Positions 53,022-63,685 are shown, counted from the first letter of the stretch. The stretch is DNA of 64,000 nucleotides from an uncultured delta proteobacterium (GCA_963789395.1 CAWBKP010000014.1:160001-224000); one strand, 5' to 3'. A program made the numbers and translations. The notes: a model not told the origin generated them from the sequence alone.

Positions 53022-53035
53022 GGAGGACTTCTTTC

Positions 53036-53509
53036 ATGCCCAACATTATCGAAGCCAAACTGCTTGCCGAAGGGAAAAAATTCGCCCTCGTGGTGAGCCG
53101 ATTCAATGATTTTATTACCGACAAGCTGGTGGGAGGGGCTGTGGATGCCCTTGTCCGCTCAGGCGCGGCAGCCCAGGACATCGACATCGTCAAAGTGCCG
53201 GGCGCTTTTGAAATCCCGCTCGTTGCAAAAAAAATGGCGAAAAAAGGCATCTACCATGCCATCATCTGCCTGGGGGCCGTCATTCGCGGAGCAACGCCGC
53301 ATTTTGAATATGTCAGCTCGGAAGTCACCAAGGGCATTGCCATGGTCAGCCTTGAATTTGAAATTCCCGTCATTTTCGGAATCGTCACAACCGATACCAT
53401 CGAGCAGGCCATTGAACGGGCCGGCACAAAGGCTGGAAATAAAGGCTGGCATGCGGCGATATCCGCCATTGAAATGGCGAATTTGATCCAGGACATCGAC
53501 CAGGCATAA
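53036..53509 (+). CDS. ribH: 6,7-dimethyl-8-ribityllumazine synthase
   Basis: [22 protein letters not shown] and GNKG. Confidence 0.97.
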   Translation: MPNIIEAKLLAEGKKFALVVSRFNDFITDKLVGGAVDALVRSGAAAQDIDIVKVPGAFEIPLVAKKMAKKGIYHAIICLGAVIRGATPHFEYVSSEVTKGIAMVSLEFEIPVIFGIVTTDTIEQAIERAGTKAGNKGWHAAISAIEMANLIQDIDQA

Positions 53510-53512
53510 TTT

Positions 53513-54142
53513 ATGGGAAATCGTCGCAAATCGCGGGAGCTTGCTATTCAAGCCCTTTTTTTTATGGATATGAATGACCGTTTCGCGGAAGAGAAACTCT
53601 CCCTTTTCTGCGAGAATTTTCTGCCCTCTTCTCAGATTCGCCCGTTTTTTTTGAATCTCGTCCGCGGGGTGTCTTCTGCCAGAACTGAAATTGACACCCT
53701 GATCGAGCGCTTTTCGAATAACTGGAAAATCAGCCGGATGTCCGGTGTTGACCGCAATATTATGCGGGTGGCTGTTTTTGAAATGCTGTGCTGTAAAGAC
53801 ATTCCCAGCAAAGTATCCATCAATGAGGCCATCGATCTTGGGAAAAAATTCGGAACCGATGAATCCGGCGCTTTTGTGAACGGCATCCTGGACAGCATCC
53901 GCCTGGCAATGGAAACTGAAGATTTGTCCATTCCAGTCAATGGGAGCTGCGAATTCATCCCGGACATGCCGGAACCCGATCTGTCCGACCAGGATTCCGA
54001 TCTTGAGGGAGAAGATGGTGTTCCGGATTTTTCTCTTGAACCTGAACCTGAATTTTATTCCCAGGATGACGATGGCTCCCGGCAGCAGCCGGAGCCCTCA
54101 AGCCCGGCACCGAAAAAACCCCGAAGAACCCTGATCCGCTAA
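53513..54142 (+). CDS. nusB: Transcription antitermination factor NusB with an acidic C-terminal tail
   Basis: [32 protein letters not shown] and FVNGILD. Confidence 0.95.
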   Translation: MGNRRKSRELAIQALFFMDMNDRFAEEKLSLFCENFLPSSQIRPFFLNLVRGVSSARTEIDTLIERFSNNWKISRMSGVDRNIMRVAVFEMLCCKDIPSKVSINEAIDLGKKFGTDESGAFVNGILDSIRLAMETEDLSIPVNGSCEFIPDMPEPDLSDQDSDLEGEDGVPDFSLEPEPEFYSQDDDGSRQQPEPSSPAPKKPRRTLIR

Positions 54143-54179
54143 TCAGCCGAAACGTGAACGACAGATAAAGGAGAATTTC

Positions 54180-55556
54180 ATGAACGACAGGAAAATCCTA
54201 TTAACCGAGGATGAAATGCCGCGCCAGTGGTACAACATCCTTGCGGACATCAAAATGAATCCCCCGCTGGGTCCGGATGGAAATCCGGTTCGGCCTGAAG
54301 ATCTGGCGCCGGTGTTTCCCATGAACCTGATCGAGCAGGAAGTCAGTACGGACCGGTGGATTGACATCCCCGAGCCTGTCCTGGATGTTTACCGCATCTG
54401 GCGGCCTTCTCCCCTGGTCAGGGCCCTTTCTCTGGAAAAAGCACTGGATACCCCGGCGCGGATCTATTTTAAAAACGAAAGCGTCAGTCCGCCGGGAAGC
54501 CACAAACCCAACACGGCCGTTCCCCAGGCATATTACAATAAAGTATTCGGCATCGAAAAAATGACCACGGAAACCGGTGCCGGGCAGTGGGGAAGCGCCT
54601 TGTCGTTTGCCTGCTGTCAGTTCGGGCTGGAATGCAAGGTCTTCATGGTCCGGGTCAGCTTTGACCAGAAGCCGTATCGTAAAGCCATGATGGAGACCTG
54701 GGGCGGAAAATGCGTGGCCAGCCCCAGCATGGAAACCCGGGCCGGCCGGGAGGCGCTGGAGAAAGATCCCAATACGCCGGGAAGCCTGGGGATTGCAATC
54801 AGCGAAGCCATCGAGGCCGCGGTCAGCGACACGAGCGGCAAAACGCGGTATTCCCTTGGAAGCGTTCTGAACCATGTCATGCTGCATCAGACCATCATCG
54901 GCCTTGAGGCCAAAAAACAGCTGAAAAAAATCAATGAATATCCGGATGTGATCATCGGCTGCGCCGGCGGCGGCAGCAATTTTGCCGGGCTTGCGTTTCC
55001 CTTTATCCTGGATAAAATCAACGGAAAGCAGATAGACATCTATCCGGTTGAACCGGCTGCCTGCCCGACCCTGACGCGGGCGCCCTTTGTCTATGACCAT
55101 GGGGACACATCGCGCTATACGCCGCTGCTGCCCATGCACAGCCTGGGACACGCCTTTGTTCCGCCGCCGTTTCATGCCGGCGGACTGCGATATCATGGCA
55201 TGGCGCCGACCGTCAGCCAGCTGGCAGACGAAGGAATCATCACGCCGCGATCGGTTCAACAGATCCAGGCCTATGATGCCGGCATTGCCTTTGCCAGAAC
55301 CGAAGGCATTATTCCCGCGCCTGAAACCACGCATGCCCTGGCCTGTGTGGTGGAAGAAGCCCAAAAAGCCAAACTGGAAGGCAAGGAAAAAGTGATTCTG
55401 GTCAACTTGAGCGGTCATGGACTGCTGGATTTCGGGGCCTACGAAAAATATTTTTCAGGAGACATGACAAATATTGAAATGACCGATGATGAAATCTGTC
55501 GTTCCCAAAAAGTGTTTGATAATTTTCCGAAACCCGCTCATTTGAAAAGCAGTTAA
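54180..55556 (+). CDS. trpB2: TrpB2-type tryptophan synthase beta chain
   Basis: [39 protein letters not shown] and NLSGHG. Confidence 0.95.
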   Translation: MNDRKILLTEDEMPRQWYNILADIKMNPPLGPDGNPVRPEDLAPVFPMNLIEQEVSTDRWIDIPEPVLDVYRIWRPSPLVRALSLEKALDTPARIYFKNESVSPPGSHKPNTAVPQAYYNKVFGIEKMTTETGAGQWGSALSFACCQFGLECKVFMVRVSFDQKPYRKAMMETWGGKCVASPSMETRAGREALEKDPNTPGSLGIAISEAIEAAVSDTSGKTRYSLGSVLNHVMLHQTIIGLEAKKQLKKINEYPDVIIGCAGGGSNFAGLAFPFILDKINGKQIDIYPVEPAACPTLTRAPFVYDHGDTSRYTPLLPMHSLGHAFVPPPFHAGGLRYHGMAPTVSQLADEGIITPRSVQQIQAYDAGIAFARTEGIIPAPETTHALACVVEEAQKAKLEGKEKVILVNLSGHGLLDFGAYEKYFSGDMTNIEMTDDEICRSQKVFDNFPKPAHLKSS

Positions 55557-55561
55557 ACAGC

Positions 55562-55701
55562 GCCTGAACGGTAAGTCCGTTCAGGCAAAATCCGAATATC
55601 AAAATGGATAGAAATATCAGTTTGAAAACACACAGTATTGATCATTCGCATATTTGAGTTTTCGTCATTGTTTCGAATTTCGTGCTTCGGATTTCGAATT
55701 T
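55562..55701 (+). repeat. REP-like intergenic element, copy 2 (longest)
   Basis: GCCTGAACGG-N5-CCGTTCAGGC then AAAATCCGAATATC. Four TTCGnnn heptads at 55672-55699. Confidence 0.7.
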
Positions 55702-55722
55702 ATTAAGAAATAGGAGATTGTT

Positions 55723-56346
55723 TTGATTCTTCAATCCATGGCCGTTGGGCCGATTATGGCAAATTGTTTTATACTGGGCTGCGAAAAGACCCGAAAAGCC
55801 GCAGTAATAGACCCCGGTGCGGAATCGGGCAGGATTCTGATGAAGCTGGCAGAACAGAAGCTGACGGTTGAATACATCATCAACACGCACGGCCATTTCG
55901 ATCATGTCGGTGCAAACCGGAAACTGAAGGAAGCCACCGGTGCTAAGCTGGTAATCCACGCACTCGATCAGTCCATGCTGTCAGTTCTTTCGGAAACGTC
56001 TGCCGCGTTTGGCCTGTCTGTCGAAAACTCTCCGCCCCCGGATCAAACGGTTCAGGACGGCGATACTCTGCAATTCGGGGAAATCACGCTTACCGTTCTT
56101 CACACGCCGGGGCATACCCCCGGCGGTATCTCGCTGCATACGGACGGTGTGGTGTTTGTCGGGGATACACTTTTTGCCGGGTCCATCGGCCGGACCGATT
56201 TTCCGGGCGGAGATTTTGACACCCTGATTTCAAGCATTCGAAACAAACTCTATTCCCTGGGGGATAAGGTGATCGTCTATACCGGACATGGCCCGGAAAC
56301 CACCATCGGCAGGGAAAAACGCTTCAATCCATTTGCATCCATGTAA
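55723..56346 (+). CDS. MBL-fold metallo-hydrolase (glyoxalase II-like)
   Basis: THGHFDHVG, HTPGHTPG, GDTLFAGSIGRTD and GHGPET. TTG start with AGGAG. Confidence 0.93.
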   Translation: MILQSMAVGPIMANCFILGCEKTRKAAVIDPGAESGRILMKLAEQKLTVEYIINTHGHFDHVGANRKLKEATGAKLVIHALDQSMLSVLSETSAAFGLSVENSPPPDQTVQDGDTLQFGEITLTVLHTPGHTPGGISLHTDGVVFVGDTLFAGSIGRTDFPGGDFDTLISSIRNKLYSLGDKVIVYTGHGPETTIGREKRFNPFASM

Positions 56347-56348
56347 CC

Positions 56349-56386
56349 AAGCGGTTTTGCGAATCATCGAACCCGCAAAACCGCTT
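56349..56386. terminator. Hairpin between convergent genes
   Basis: AAGCGGTTTTGCG / CGCAAAACCGCTT 13-bp perfect stem. Confidence 0.7.
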
Positions 56387-57755
56387 ATTTGTTTTCCGTT
56401 TGGCGCTGCTTCAAAAAATTTCTGATGTGGCTTTGCCCGACACCGATGGCTTTGGCTGTCGCGACGATGTCCTGATTATTCTGCATCAGTTTTTGATTGA
56501 TGAATTCGTCTTCAAAGGCTTTTTGCGCATCCTTGAGCCGGTCGATTGAAAACAACGGGGATTCACGCGGATCGGAAGTCGCATTTTTTTCGCATGAACG
56601 GATGGGAAAAGGGATGTCTTTTTCCGAGATCGTATCTCCATCCACCATGATGGATAGCCGCTCGAGCATATTTTTCAGTTCCCGGACATTCCCCGGCCAC
56701 GAATAGGCCCCAAGCAGGTCAAGGGCTGCGGGTGTCAGCGTTTTTCCGGGGCAATTGTTCTGCCTGGCGAATTCACCGAGGAACAGATCCGCCAGAAGCG
56801 GCAGGTCATCAATGCGCTTACGCAGCGGCGGAACTTCAATGGGAATGACATTGAGACGGAAATACAATTCCTCCCGAAAATTTCCCCTGGCGATTTCCGC
56901 TTCAACGTCCTTGTTGGTGGCGGCGATTATCCGAACGTTCATCTCCAGTGTCCGGCTGCCACCGATGCGGTGAAACTGTTTTTCCTGAAGCACGCGCAGC
57001 ATTTTTCCCTGCGACTTTAAACTCATATCCCCGATTTCATCCAGAAAAAGCGTCCCCTTGCCTGCCAGCTCGAATTTCCCTCTTTTTTTAACGGCTGCCC
57101 CGGGAAACGCCCCTTTTTCATGGCCGAACAGCTCGCTTTCGATCAGCTCTTCCGGAATGGCCGCACAATTGACATCCACCAACGGCTCATACGCACGGCT
57201 GCTGAGCTGATGAATGGTACGGACAACCAGTTCCTTGCCGCACCCGTTTTCTCCGGTAATCAGAATCCACGCATCGGTGGGACCTGCCACGGCGATCTGT
57301 TTTTTCAGGGCAAGGGTCGCCGGACTGCTTCCGGTAATGGCATTTTTTTCGATGGTTTTTTTCCGGAGATATTTGTTTTCCTCTTCAAGCCTGCGATAAT
57401 TCAATGCCCGATTAATGGCCACAATCACCTTGTCGATGGAAAGCGGTTTTTCGATCAGGTCAAAGGCCCCCAGCTTGGTGGCGCTTACCGCGGTTTCGAT
57501 GGTGCCATGTCCGGTAATGATAATGACCTGAATCACCGGGTTGTTTTTTTTAATTTCCTTCAAAGTTTCAATGCCGTCCAGACCCGGCATCCAGATGTCC
57601 AGCAGCACCAGATCCGGCGCTTCCTGTTCGATGCGCTTCAGAGCTTCATACCCGTTTGAAGCTGTGAAAATTTCAAACCCCTCATCAGACAGAATCCCGC
57701 TCAGGGATTTCAGAATGGAGGGCTCATCATCGACGATCATAACGGATGGATACAT
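56385..57755 (-). CDS. ntrX: NtrX-like response regulator (receiver + AAA+ + HTH)
   Basis: VDDE, LDIWMPG, GENGCGKE, ESELFGHEKGAFPGA, LFLDE and WPGNVREL. Lies downstream of an NtrY-like kinase. Confidence 0.88.
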   Translation of the reverse strand: MYPSVMIVDDEPSILKSLSGILSDEGFEIFTASNGYEALKRIEQEAPDLVLLDIWMPGLDGIETLKEIKKNNPVIQVIIITGHGTIETAVSATKLGAFDLIEKPLSIDKVIVAINRALNYRRLEEENKYLRKKTIEKNAITGSSPATLALKKQIAVAGPTDAWILITGENGCGKELVVRTIHQLSSRAYEPLVDVNCAAIPEELIESELFGHEKGAFPGAAVKKRGKFELAGKGTLFLDEIGDMSLKSQGKMLRVLQEKQFHRIGGSRTLEMNVRIIAATNKDVEAEIARGNFREELYFRLNVIPIEVPPLRKRIDDLPLLADLFLGEFARQNNCPGKTLTPAALDLLGAYSWPGNVRELKNMLERLSIMVDGDTISEKDIPFPIRSCEKNATSDPRESPLFSIDRLKDAQKAFEDEFINQKLMQNNQDIVATAKAIGVGQSHIRNFLKQRQTENK

Positions 57756-57779
57756 TTCCTGTCCTTTCTGTTAACAAGT

Positions 57780-57820
57780 GCCTGATCGGATGGTCCGTTC
57801 AGATAATAATACCGAATATC
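57780..57820 (+). repeat. REP-like intergenic element, copy 3 (degenerate)
   Basis: GCCTGATCGG-N5-CCGTTCAGAT...ACCGAATATC between ntrY and ntrX. Confidence 0.6.
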
Positions 57821-57832
57821 AATTTTTGAGAC

Positions 57833-60067
57833 TCAAGCCGGCAGTTCGAAAATAAACCGGGCGCCCCTGGGATGATTGTCTTCCGCGCGGATCGTTCCAT
57901 GATGATCCATCACGATGGAGTTGACGATAGCCAGCCCAAGCCCCATGCCCGTGAGTTTTGTCGAAAAATCCGGTTCAAACAGCCGGTTCTTGTCTTCATC
58001 GGAAATACCGTCGCCGGTATCCGCAACTTCAACGCGAACCAGCTTGTGCACCACATCATGAAAAAGAGCAATTGTGATTTCACCTTCTGAGTGAATGGCG
58101 GCAATGGCATTGTCGACAAGGTTGATCATGACCCGTTTGATCTGCTGGCGGTCGAGATTGATGACGGGAATATGTCCCGGTTTTATGATTTCAAACCGGA
58201 CGTCCGAATGGCCTTCGCGATAGAGCGCGACGGTTTCTTCAATAATGGGCAGAATTTCCCCGGGTTTCGGGTTCGCCGAAGGGAATCTGGCGAATGCCGA
58301 AAATTCATTGACAAGATTTCTAATTATATCAACATGATCAATGATCATTTGAGTGCATTCGTCAAACACTGGCTCCTTGATCTGCCGGGAATATTTTCGT
58401 TTCAGGCGCTGCGCGGAAAGGGTAATGGGCGTCAGCGGATTTTTGACTTCATGAGCGATGCGCCTGGCCACTTCCCTCCAGGCGGCTATCCGCTGCGCTT
58501 TTTCAAGCTCCGTCAGATCGTCAAACACCACGACAATTCCGATATGACACCCACTGTCGTCCTTCAGAGAACTGATGTGTAGCATGAAGCTTCGAGTCCG
58601 ACCGTCAATCGTCACTCTCAACGGCAATTCTATAAAATCAGTGTGAATCCCTTTAAACCCGAGAATGATTTTTTCAGCCATTTTCAGATATCTGCCATGA
58701 AGCAGGCGAATGTGGTTTTTTCCAACTACCTGCTCTGCGGAGATATTCAGCATTTTTTCCGCCGACGTATTGATCGTGGCGATAAAACCGCCTGCATCCA
58801 GCGTAACAACACCGGTGGAAATATTTTTTAAAACGATCTCCATGTACTGGCGTTTTGCTTCGATCTCGACATTCTGCTCGCGAAGCTTATTGGACGTCAG
58901 CTCCAGCTGATCCCGGGTGAACCGCAGATCCCGGGTCATCTTGTTGAAGGAATCCACCAGGCTGCCGATTTCATCATCGCCAACCGATCCGATCTGGAAA
59001 CTCAAATCGCCTTCGGCAACCCGCCGAGTGCCTTCAGCCAGTTCCTTAATGGGAATGCTGATGGATTTTGCCAGATAAAACCCGAACCATAAAGCACAGA
59101 ACACCACCAGAAGCCCAACAATGGAAAGGGTGATATAATAGGAAATCTGGATGGGTTTTTTCAGCAGCTTGATCTGCTGATACTCTTCAAACCCCCTTGA
59201 AATGGATGCCATGTTTTCAGAAAGATACGGCGGAATCATCACGGTCAAGACCAGATAGGCCTCTGCATCAGCGGGCTTGACACCGAAAGGAATGCTTCCG
59301 ACCGTTCGAATCGCCTCGCCGCCGGAGATGACTTGAGAAAATGATGATACAGACTTGGGGTAGGATTCTTTATGAAGCTGGTCAATGGAAACCGCCGGAA
59401 GCGATTGCGTGGTCAGGTCGTTTCCCAGGGACTGGGTGATGCGCCTGCCGTGAACATCGTACACTTCAACCGCATCCAGATTGAACGAGCGCTGGACGAT
59501 TTCAATGTATTGGGACAATTCTTTGGCCCTTGCGGGTTCCAGAAGTTTGCGGGTCTTGACCTGATAGGCGGTCCTGTCCAGGAAAAACGCATTGCTGTTT
59601 TCCGAAATTCCATAAATCTGCCTGCCGACATGCAGCGAGTTTTCAAGGGCCTGCTCGACCGGAACATTAAACCAGAAATCAATGCTGGAGGTAATAAACC
59701 CCATGGAAAAGAAAAACATCACTCCGGCGGGAATCAGGGAGAGCGAAACAAAGGCGATGACCAGCCGGGTTCGCAGCTTTGATCCCATGACCTTTCGCCT
59801 CCGGTCGTACAGCAATTTGACCAGATTTCGAAAAACCAGAAAAATCAAAAGGATCAGCAGCAACAGATTGATGTTCGTCATCGTAAACATCAAAATGGTA
59901 TTTGAGATGGGAAAATCGGCGCCAAAATGGATAAGCTTGTTCTGGACGTATGTCATCACCGCAACAAAAATAAGAATGGCCGCGATAATGATCATCTCTC
60001 GCTTGCGTCGTTTGCGATCTTCTGAAGAAATAAAGGAAGAAGCGGTTTTGAAGCGATTTCGATTCAT
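57833..60067 (-). CDS. ntrY: NtrY-like sensor histidine kinase (TM-HAMP-PAS-HisKA-HATPase)
   Basis: AWREVARRIAHEVKNPLTPI H-box, GSKLRTRL, HAMP DEIGSLVDSFNKM and GMGLGL. Confidence 0.9.
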   Translation of the reverse strand: MNRNRFKTASSFISSEDRKRRKREMIIIAAILIFVAVMTYVQNKLIHFGADFPISNTILMFTMTNINLLLLILLIFLVFRNLVKLLYDRRRKVMGSKLRTRLVIAFVSLSLIPAGVMFFFSMGFITSSIDFWFNVPVEQALENSLHVGRQIYGISENSNAFFLDRTAYQVKTRKLLEPARAKELSQYIEIVQRSFNLDAVEVYDVHGRRITQSLGNDLTTQSLPAVSIDQLHKESYPKSVSSFSQVISGGEAIRTVGSIPFGVKPADAEAYLVLTVMIPPYLSENMASISRGFEEYQQIKLLKKPIQISYYITLSIVGLLVVFCALWFGFYLAKSISIPIKELAEGTRRVAEGDLSFQIGSVGDDEIGSLVDSFNKMTRDLRFTRDQLELTSNKLREQNVEIEAKRQYMEIVLKNISTGVVTLDAGGFIATINTSAEKMLNISAEQVVGKNHIRLLHGRYLKMAEKIILGFKGIHTDFIELPLRVTIDGRTRSFMLHISSLKDDSGCHIGIVVVFDDLTELEKAQRIAAWREVARRIAHEVKNPLTPITLSAQRLKRKYSRQIKEPVFDECTQMIIDHVDIIRNLVNEFSAFARFPSANPKPGEILPIIEETVALYREGHSDVRFEIIKPGHIPVINLDRQQIKRVMINLVDNAIAAIHSEGEITIALFHDVVHKLVRVEVADTGDGISDEDKNRLFEPDFSTKLTGMGLGLAIVNSIVMDHHGTIRAEDNHPRGARFIFELPA

Positions 60068-60219
60068 GGTGTTGAATTTTACAGGCACCAAACTGATTTT
60101 GCAATGACAGAAAGCGTTCTCTAATTCCCTTCCACATTACCCGGTGAGACCGGCAGAAAACAAGACAACAGAAAAATGGCCAAGGACGCGTGGCTCAGGT
60201 CCGTAATTTGAACAGAAAA

Positions 60220-60750
60220 TCAATCTGTCAAAGACTCAGAATCATCTTCCTCATTTATGCTTTTCAGTTTCGATCGAAGTGGTTCATAGTAGCATACGCT
60301 TTTGCCTTCATTCGTTTTGCTGTGAACTTTAACTTTATATTTCAGGTTATCTTTTTCATTGAACCATTGATATATCCACCAGTCGCCATCCTGTTTCATG
60401 GAATATGGTTGTGTTCCAACCTGCTTGGATACATTTTTTTCCATTCTGTCTCTGATATCCTCTGTATGACCCGCTTCTTCCGGTATATTGATGATCCGTG
60501 CATACAGCTGGTCTTGAATAAAGGCAAAGACAACCTTGGGATTGGCATGATTATGCATCACCATACGGCATGGACCGGTATAGTTGTAATAGGATATTCC
60601 GCCTTTTTCCATATACCAGACGAAATATCCCTCTTTGTTCAGATCCTCGATACGGGAACCAAAATCCGGTTGATTGCAGTCAAAACTTAGTGCCAGTAAT
60701 GGAAAGGCCAGAATAAAAAATCCCAGGATGAAACACATTTTTTTCAGCAT
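60220..60750 (-). CDS. Hypothetical exported protein
   Basis: MLKKMCFILGFFILAFPLLALS signal-peptide-like start after AAGGAA. Confidence 0.7.
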   Translation of the reverse strand: MLKKMCFILGFFILAFPLLALSFDCNQPDFGSRIEDLNKEGYFVWYMEKGGISYYNYTGPCRMVMHNHANPKVVFAFIQDQLYARIINIPEEAGHTEDIRDRMEKNVSKQVGTQPYSMKQDGDWWIYQWFNEKDNLKYKVKVHSKTNEGKSVCYYEPLRSKLKSINEEDDSESLTD

Positions 60751-60800
60751 TGTGATTCCTTTCTTATTGTGAGAATAGCTTCTGAAAGCAGCGCCTTGAT

Positions 60801-61808
60801 TCAGGGCAGCCTGTATATTACCCCGCCCCAAGTCAGTCCTGCGCCCAGACCGATGAACATTACATTATCCCCGGACTTCAGCATTCCTTTCTCCATCAGC
60901 TCATCCAAGGCAATGGGAATCGTAGCTCCAGTGGTATTCCCATATTGCTGAATATTATTAAAGATTTTTTCCTCAGGGATCTTCATACGATCCCTGAAAG
61001 CTTCATTTATCCGCAAGTTGGCCTGGTGGGGAACAACCATGTCCAGATCTTCCGATTGAATACCTGCTTTATCCAGCAGTTCCCGGGCTACTTCAGGCAG
61101 CAGGGTGAGCGCCAGTTTGAAAACGGTTTTTCCGTCCATGTAAGGGAAAAACTCTTGTTTGGCCAGAACCTCCGCATTCATGATCGGGCCGCTTTTCTGC
61201 GCCGGAACTCCCGCTTTCAAAACACCTGCATAATTTCCATCAGCATGAAAGACAGAGGCCAGAATACCAATTTCTTCGTCAGTCTCTTCACCCTCAATGC
61301 AGACTGCACCTGCACCATCGGCAAAAATAACTGCTGTATCCCGATTCTGCGTGGTCAGTTCAAGAAACCGGCTCTGGGTTTCAGCCCCGACCAACAGGAT
61401 TTTCTGTGCCTTGCCACTTTGGATATAGGCATCACACAATTCCAATCCATGCAGAAAACCAGTGCATTGTTGGCGAATATCAAGTGCCGGGACTTTTTTA
61501 GCCCCCAGTTTATGTTGAAGAATGACACCTGAACCGGGGATATAAACATCCGATGTCATGGTGGCGAATACAATCAGATCAAGATCGGCAGGTTCCCAAC
61601 CGGCCCTGCCAAGGGCTATCTTTGAAGCTTCCAGCGCCAGGTCAGACGTTCCCACGTCATCACCTTCTTTCACCCAATATCTGGCCTCAATCCCTGTACG
61701 TTGGCGTATCCATTCATCTGAGGTGTCCAAAATTTTGGCTAAATCGTCGTTGGATACATGATGGTCCGGTACGAACCTGCCGGTGCTTTTAATAATTGAT
61801 CGTTTCAT
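60801..61808 (-). CDS. fabH: 3-oxoacyl-ACP synthase III
   Basis: DTSDEWIRQRTGI, QQCTGF (Cys), PHQAN, GNT and GAGLTWG. Confidence 0.92.
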   Translation of the reverse strand: MKRSIIKSTGRFVPDHHVSNDDLAKILDTSDEWIRQRTGIEARYWVKEGDDVGTSDLALEASKIALGRAGWEPADLDLIVFATMTSDVYIPGSGVILQHKLGAKKVPALDIRQQCTGFLHGLELCDAYIQSGKAQKILLVGAETQSRFLELTTQNRDTAVIFADGAGAVCIEGEETDEEIGILASVFHADGNYAGVLKAGVPAQKSGPIMNAEVLAKQEFFPYMDGKTVFKLALTLLPEVARELLDKAGIQSEDLDMVVPHQANLRINEAFRDRMKIPEEKIFNNIQQYGNTTGATIPIALDELMEKGMLKSGDNVMFIGLGAGLTWGGVIYRLP

Positions 61809-61923
61809 AATTTGGTGATAACCATTTGTCGTCTCTGGAAAGTCTGAAGAGCCCTGTCCTGTTGATTTAAAAAGCAGATGTTTTTGAGGATAAAGAAAAG
61901 CCCCCATGTTCATTGTCAAAACT

Positions 61924-62817
61924 TCATATCCCAAATCCAATGTGTTCCTCACCGGCCGATCTGTCAGAGTTGTGCTCCAGCTCTGCAATTACCTGGGCGC
62001 CAAACAGCAGGATTACGGCAACAACCTCAATACTGAGAAGGGCCACAACCGTTGTGGCGATGGAGCCATAGATGACATTCACGATGGATATGGCCGCGTA
62101 ATACCAGATCAGCACCCGTCGTGTAATCTCCCATAATACCGCCGCGGTAATTCCGCCGATGAGCGCGTAACGAATCCTGACACGAACCACCGGCATTACC
62201 AGATAGATGGAGGTGAGCATCAGCACCTCTCCCATTATCCCCAGGATATACAGCGCTACCCCGGTAGTGCCGCCTAAATTCAAACTCCAGTTGAGAATTG
62301 ACAAATGTCTGTTTTCAAGTGTCTCGACCGTGCCGACAATAAACGACGCCAGCCCGATACCGAGCCCCATCACAATGATATACACATAGGGAATGATTGC
62401 GGAGATGAGAAAGTATCGGCGATGTGTTTTATCCCGCTGAAAAAAAATCACTGACATGGCGTTTTCAAGCATCGAAAAGGCAAGGGAGCTGAAGAACAGC
62501 ATTCCTAGAAAACCGATAATGCCTATAACATGTCGATGTTCAAGAAAAGCCTGTACCTGTTTGATCAAAGTGGTCGCATAACCGGGAATCATCATTCCCA
62601 GATACGTTGACAAAGTTTGCAACAACTGCTGCTCATCTATAAAATTCGCCAGCACAATTGGGGCGAGAATCGACAGGGGCACAATGGACAACAATGTATA
62701 ATAAGCGACAGCGCCAGCCAGCAAGAGCCCCTTATTGCGTATGAAACTGTGCACAACACGCACCAGAAAGCACCAGAAACTTTTCGCCAACCCACTTGCA
62801 TGATGTCTTCTGTTCAT
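61924..62817 (-). CDS. YihY/BrkB family membrane protein
   Basis: AGAVAYYTLLSIVPL, IYGS and ILLFGAQ. Multi-TM. Confidence 0.88.
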   Translation of the reverse strand: MNRRHHASGLAKSFWCFLVRVVHSFIRNKGLLLAGAVAYYTLLSIVPLSILAPIVLANFIDEQQLLQTLSTYLGMMIPGYATTLIKQVQAFLEHRHVIGIIGFLGMLFFSSLAFSMLENAMSVIFFQRDKTHRRYFLISAIIPYVYIIVMGLGIGLASFIVGTVETLENRHLSILNWSLNLGGTTGVALYILGIMGEVLMLTSIYLVMPVVRVRIRYALIGGITAAVLWEITRRVLIWYYAAISIVNVIYGSIATTVVALLSIEVVAVILLFGAQVIAELEHNSDRSAGEEHIGFGI

Positions 62818-62939
62818 AAAGTAATCAGAAGTTTCCCTCCCGCTTCTCCGAAGCGTCAGTGTTCCTCATTAGATAGGGAAAACTATCCTTGGGTGACAGG
62901 CTGTACTCCTGTATCGCTCTCCCATCGCTTCAAATCCGC

Positions 62940-63119
62940 TCAGGCGTCCGCACTTTGTGATCTTTTGAACGGGTCTCGGTCATTAGATATTTTTCCAGTA
63001 CTTGACCACCTTCCGCCAACTTGTCTTTCGATACATTTCAGCCAAAAAGTAATCCGGATTCCATAGCCACATCAAGTCCTGCTCTGTCCACCAGATATGA
63101 TTCTCTGAGGATATTCCAT
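62940..63119 (-). pseudogene. Decayed molybdenum-cofactor-carrier (SLOG-fold) gene
   Basis: Across frames: MEYPQRIISGGQ / RAGLDVAMESG / stop / LAEGGQVLEKYLMTETRSKDHKVRT, resembling the family pattern IISGGQTGxDRAALD...RT. Confidence 0.6.
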
Positions 63120-63172
63120 AAGGCTCTTCTCCGAGCGATCTAACGGCTGGGAGAGAAACACGGCTACTCAAT

Positions 63173-63685
63173 TTATCTTTCTGATGGTTTTCTTATCATC
63201 TCTTGAGGCCATTTACTCGCCACTTCCTCTTCTCCCTTGTAATAGTCCACTTTCGAATTGCTCTCGAAAACCTCCTGAAATGGGAGGATATTGATCTTCC
63301 CAGAATCAGGATATTCGCAAACGTCTATGCCGAACTTAGTCCTGATGTCAAGATAAACGCAGGGTGCATCACTATGATTGTAAAGCTGGTGAGCGCCAAG
63401 CGGCCCTTGCTCAAAGAAAATAAGATCCCCCTGTACAACTTTTTGAAACCCGTCAGGAGAACGAAGGGTCACCTCGCCAGAAAGAATAAAAAACAATTCT
63501 TCGGAGGCTCTGTGAAAATGGTATGGAAATGAAAATCGCCCTGAGTCCAAGGAACGAATATCAAATTCTAGGTGTTTGGATTCAGCCAATTTTGCAAATC
63601 TGGGGCTCGTATTCCATATAAATTCGGGAATCCGGGGCGCGAGTTTTTTGAATTGCAGATTTTGTGTACGGAAAACCTTTGGCAT
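63173..63685 (-). CDS. Cupin domain protein
   Basis: SFPYHFHRASEELFFILSG, GAHQLYN and DVCEYPDSGK. ATG at 63685 after GGAGG. Confidence 0.88.
   Translation of the reverse strand: MPKVFRTQNLQFKKLAPRIPEFIWNTSPRFAKLAESKHLEFDIRSLDSGRFSFPYHFHRASEELFFILSGEVTLRSPDGFQKVVQGDLIFFEQGPLGAHQLYNHSDAPCVYLDIRTKFGIDVCEYPDSGKINILPFQEVFESNSKVDYYKGEEEVASKWPQEMIRKPSER

Noticed and set aside
54201..55418. 405-aa minus-strand ORF (likewise 37113..38114, 16559..17425 and 49860..50759)
   Set aside because: Antisense to well-supported genes, as expected from codon bias.
55672..55699. CRISPR array
   Set aside because: Only 7-bp units with no spacers and no cas genes. No CRISPR, tRNA or rRNA was recognised anywhere in the window.
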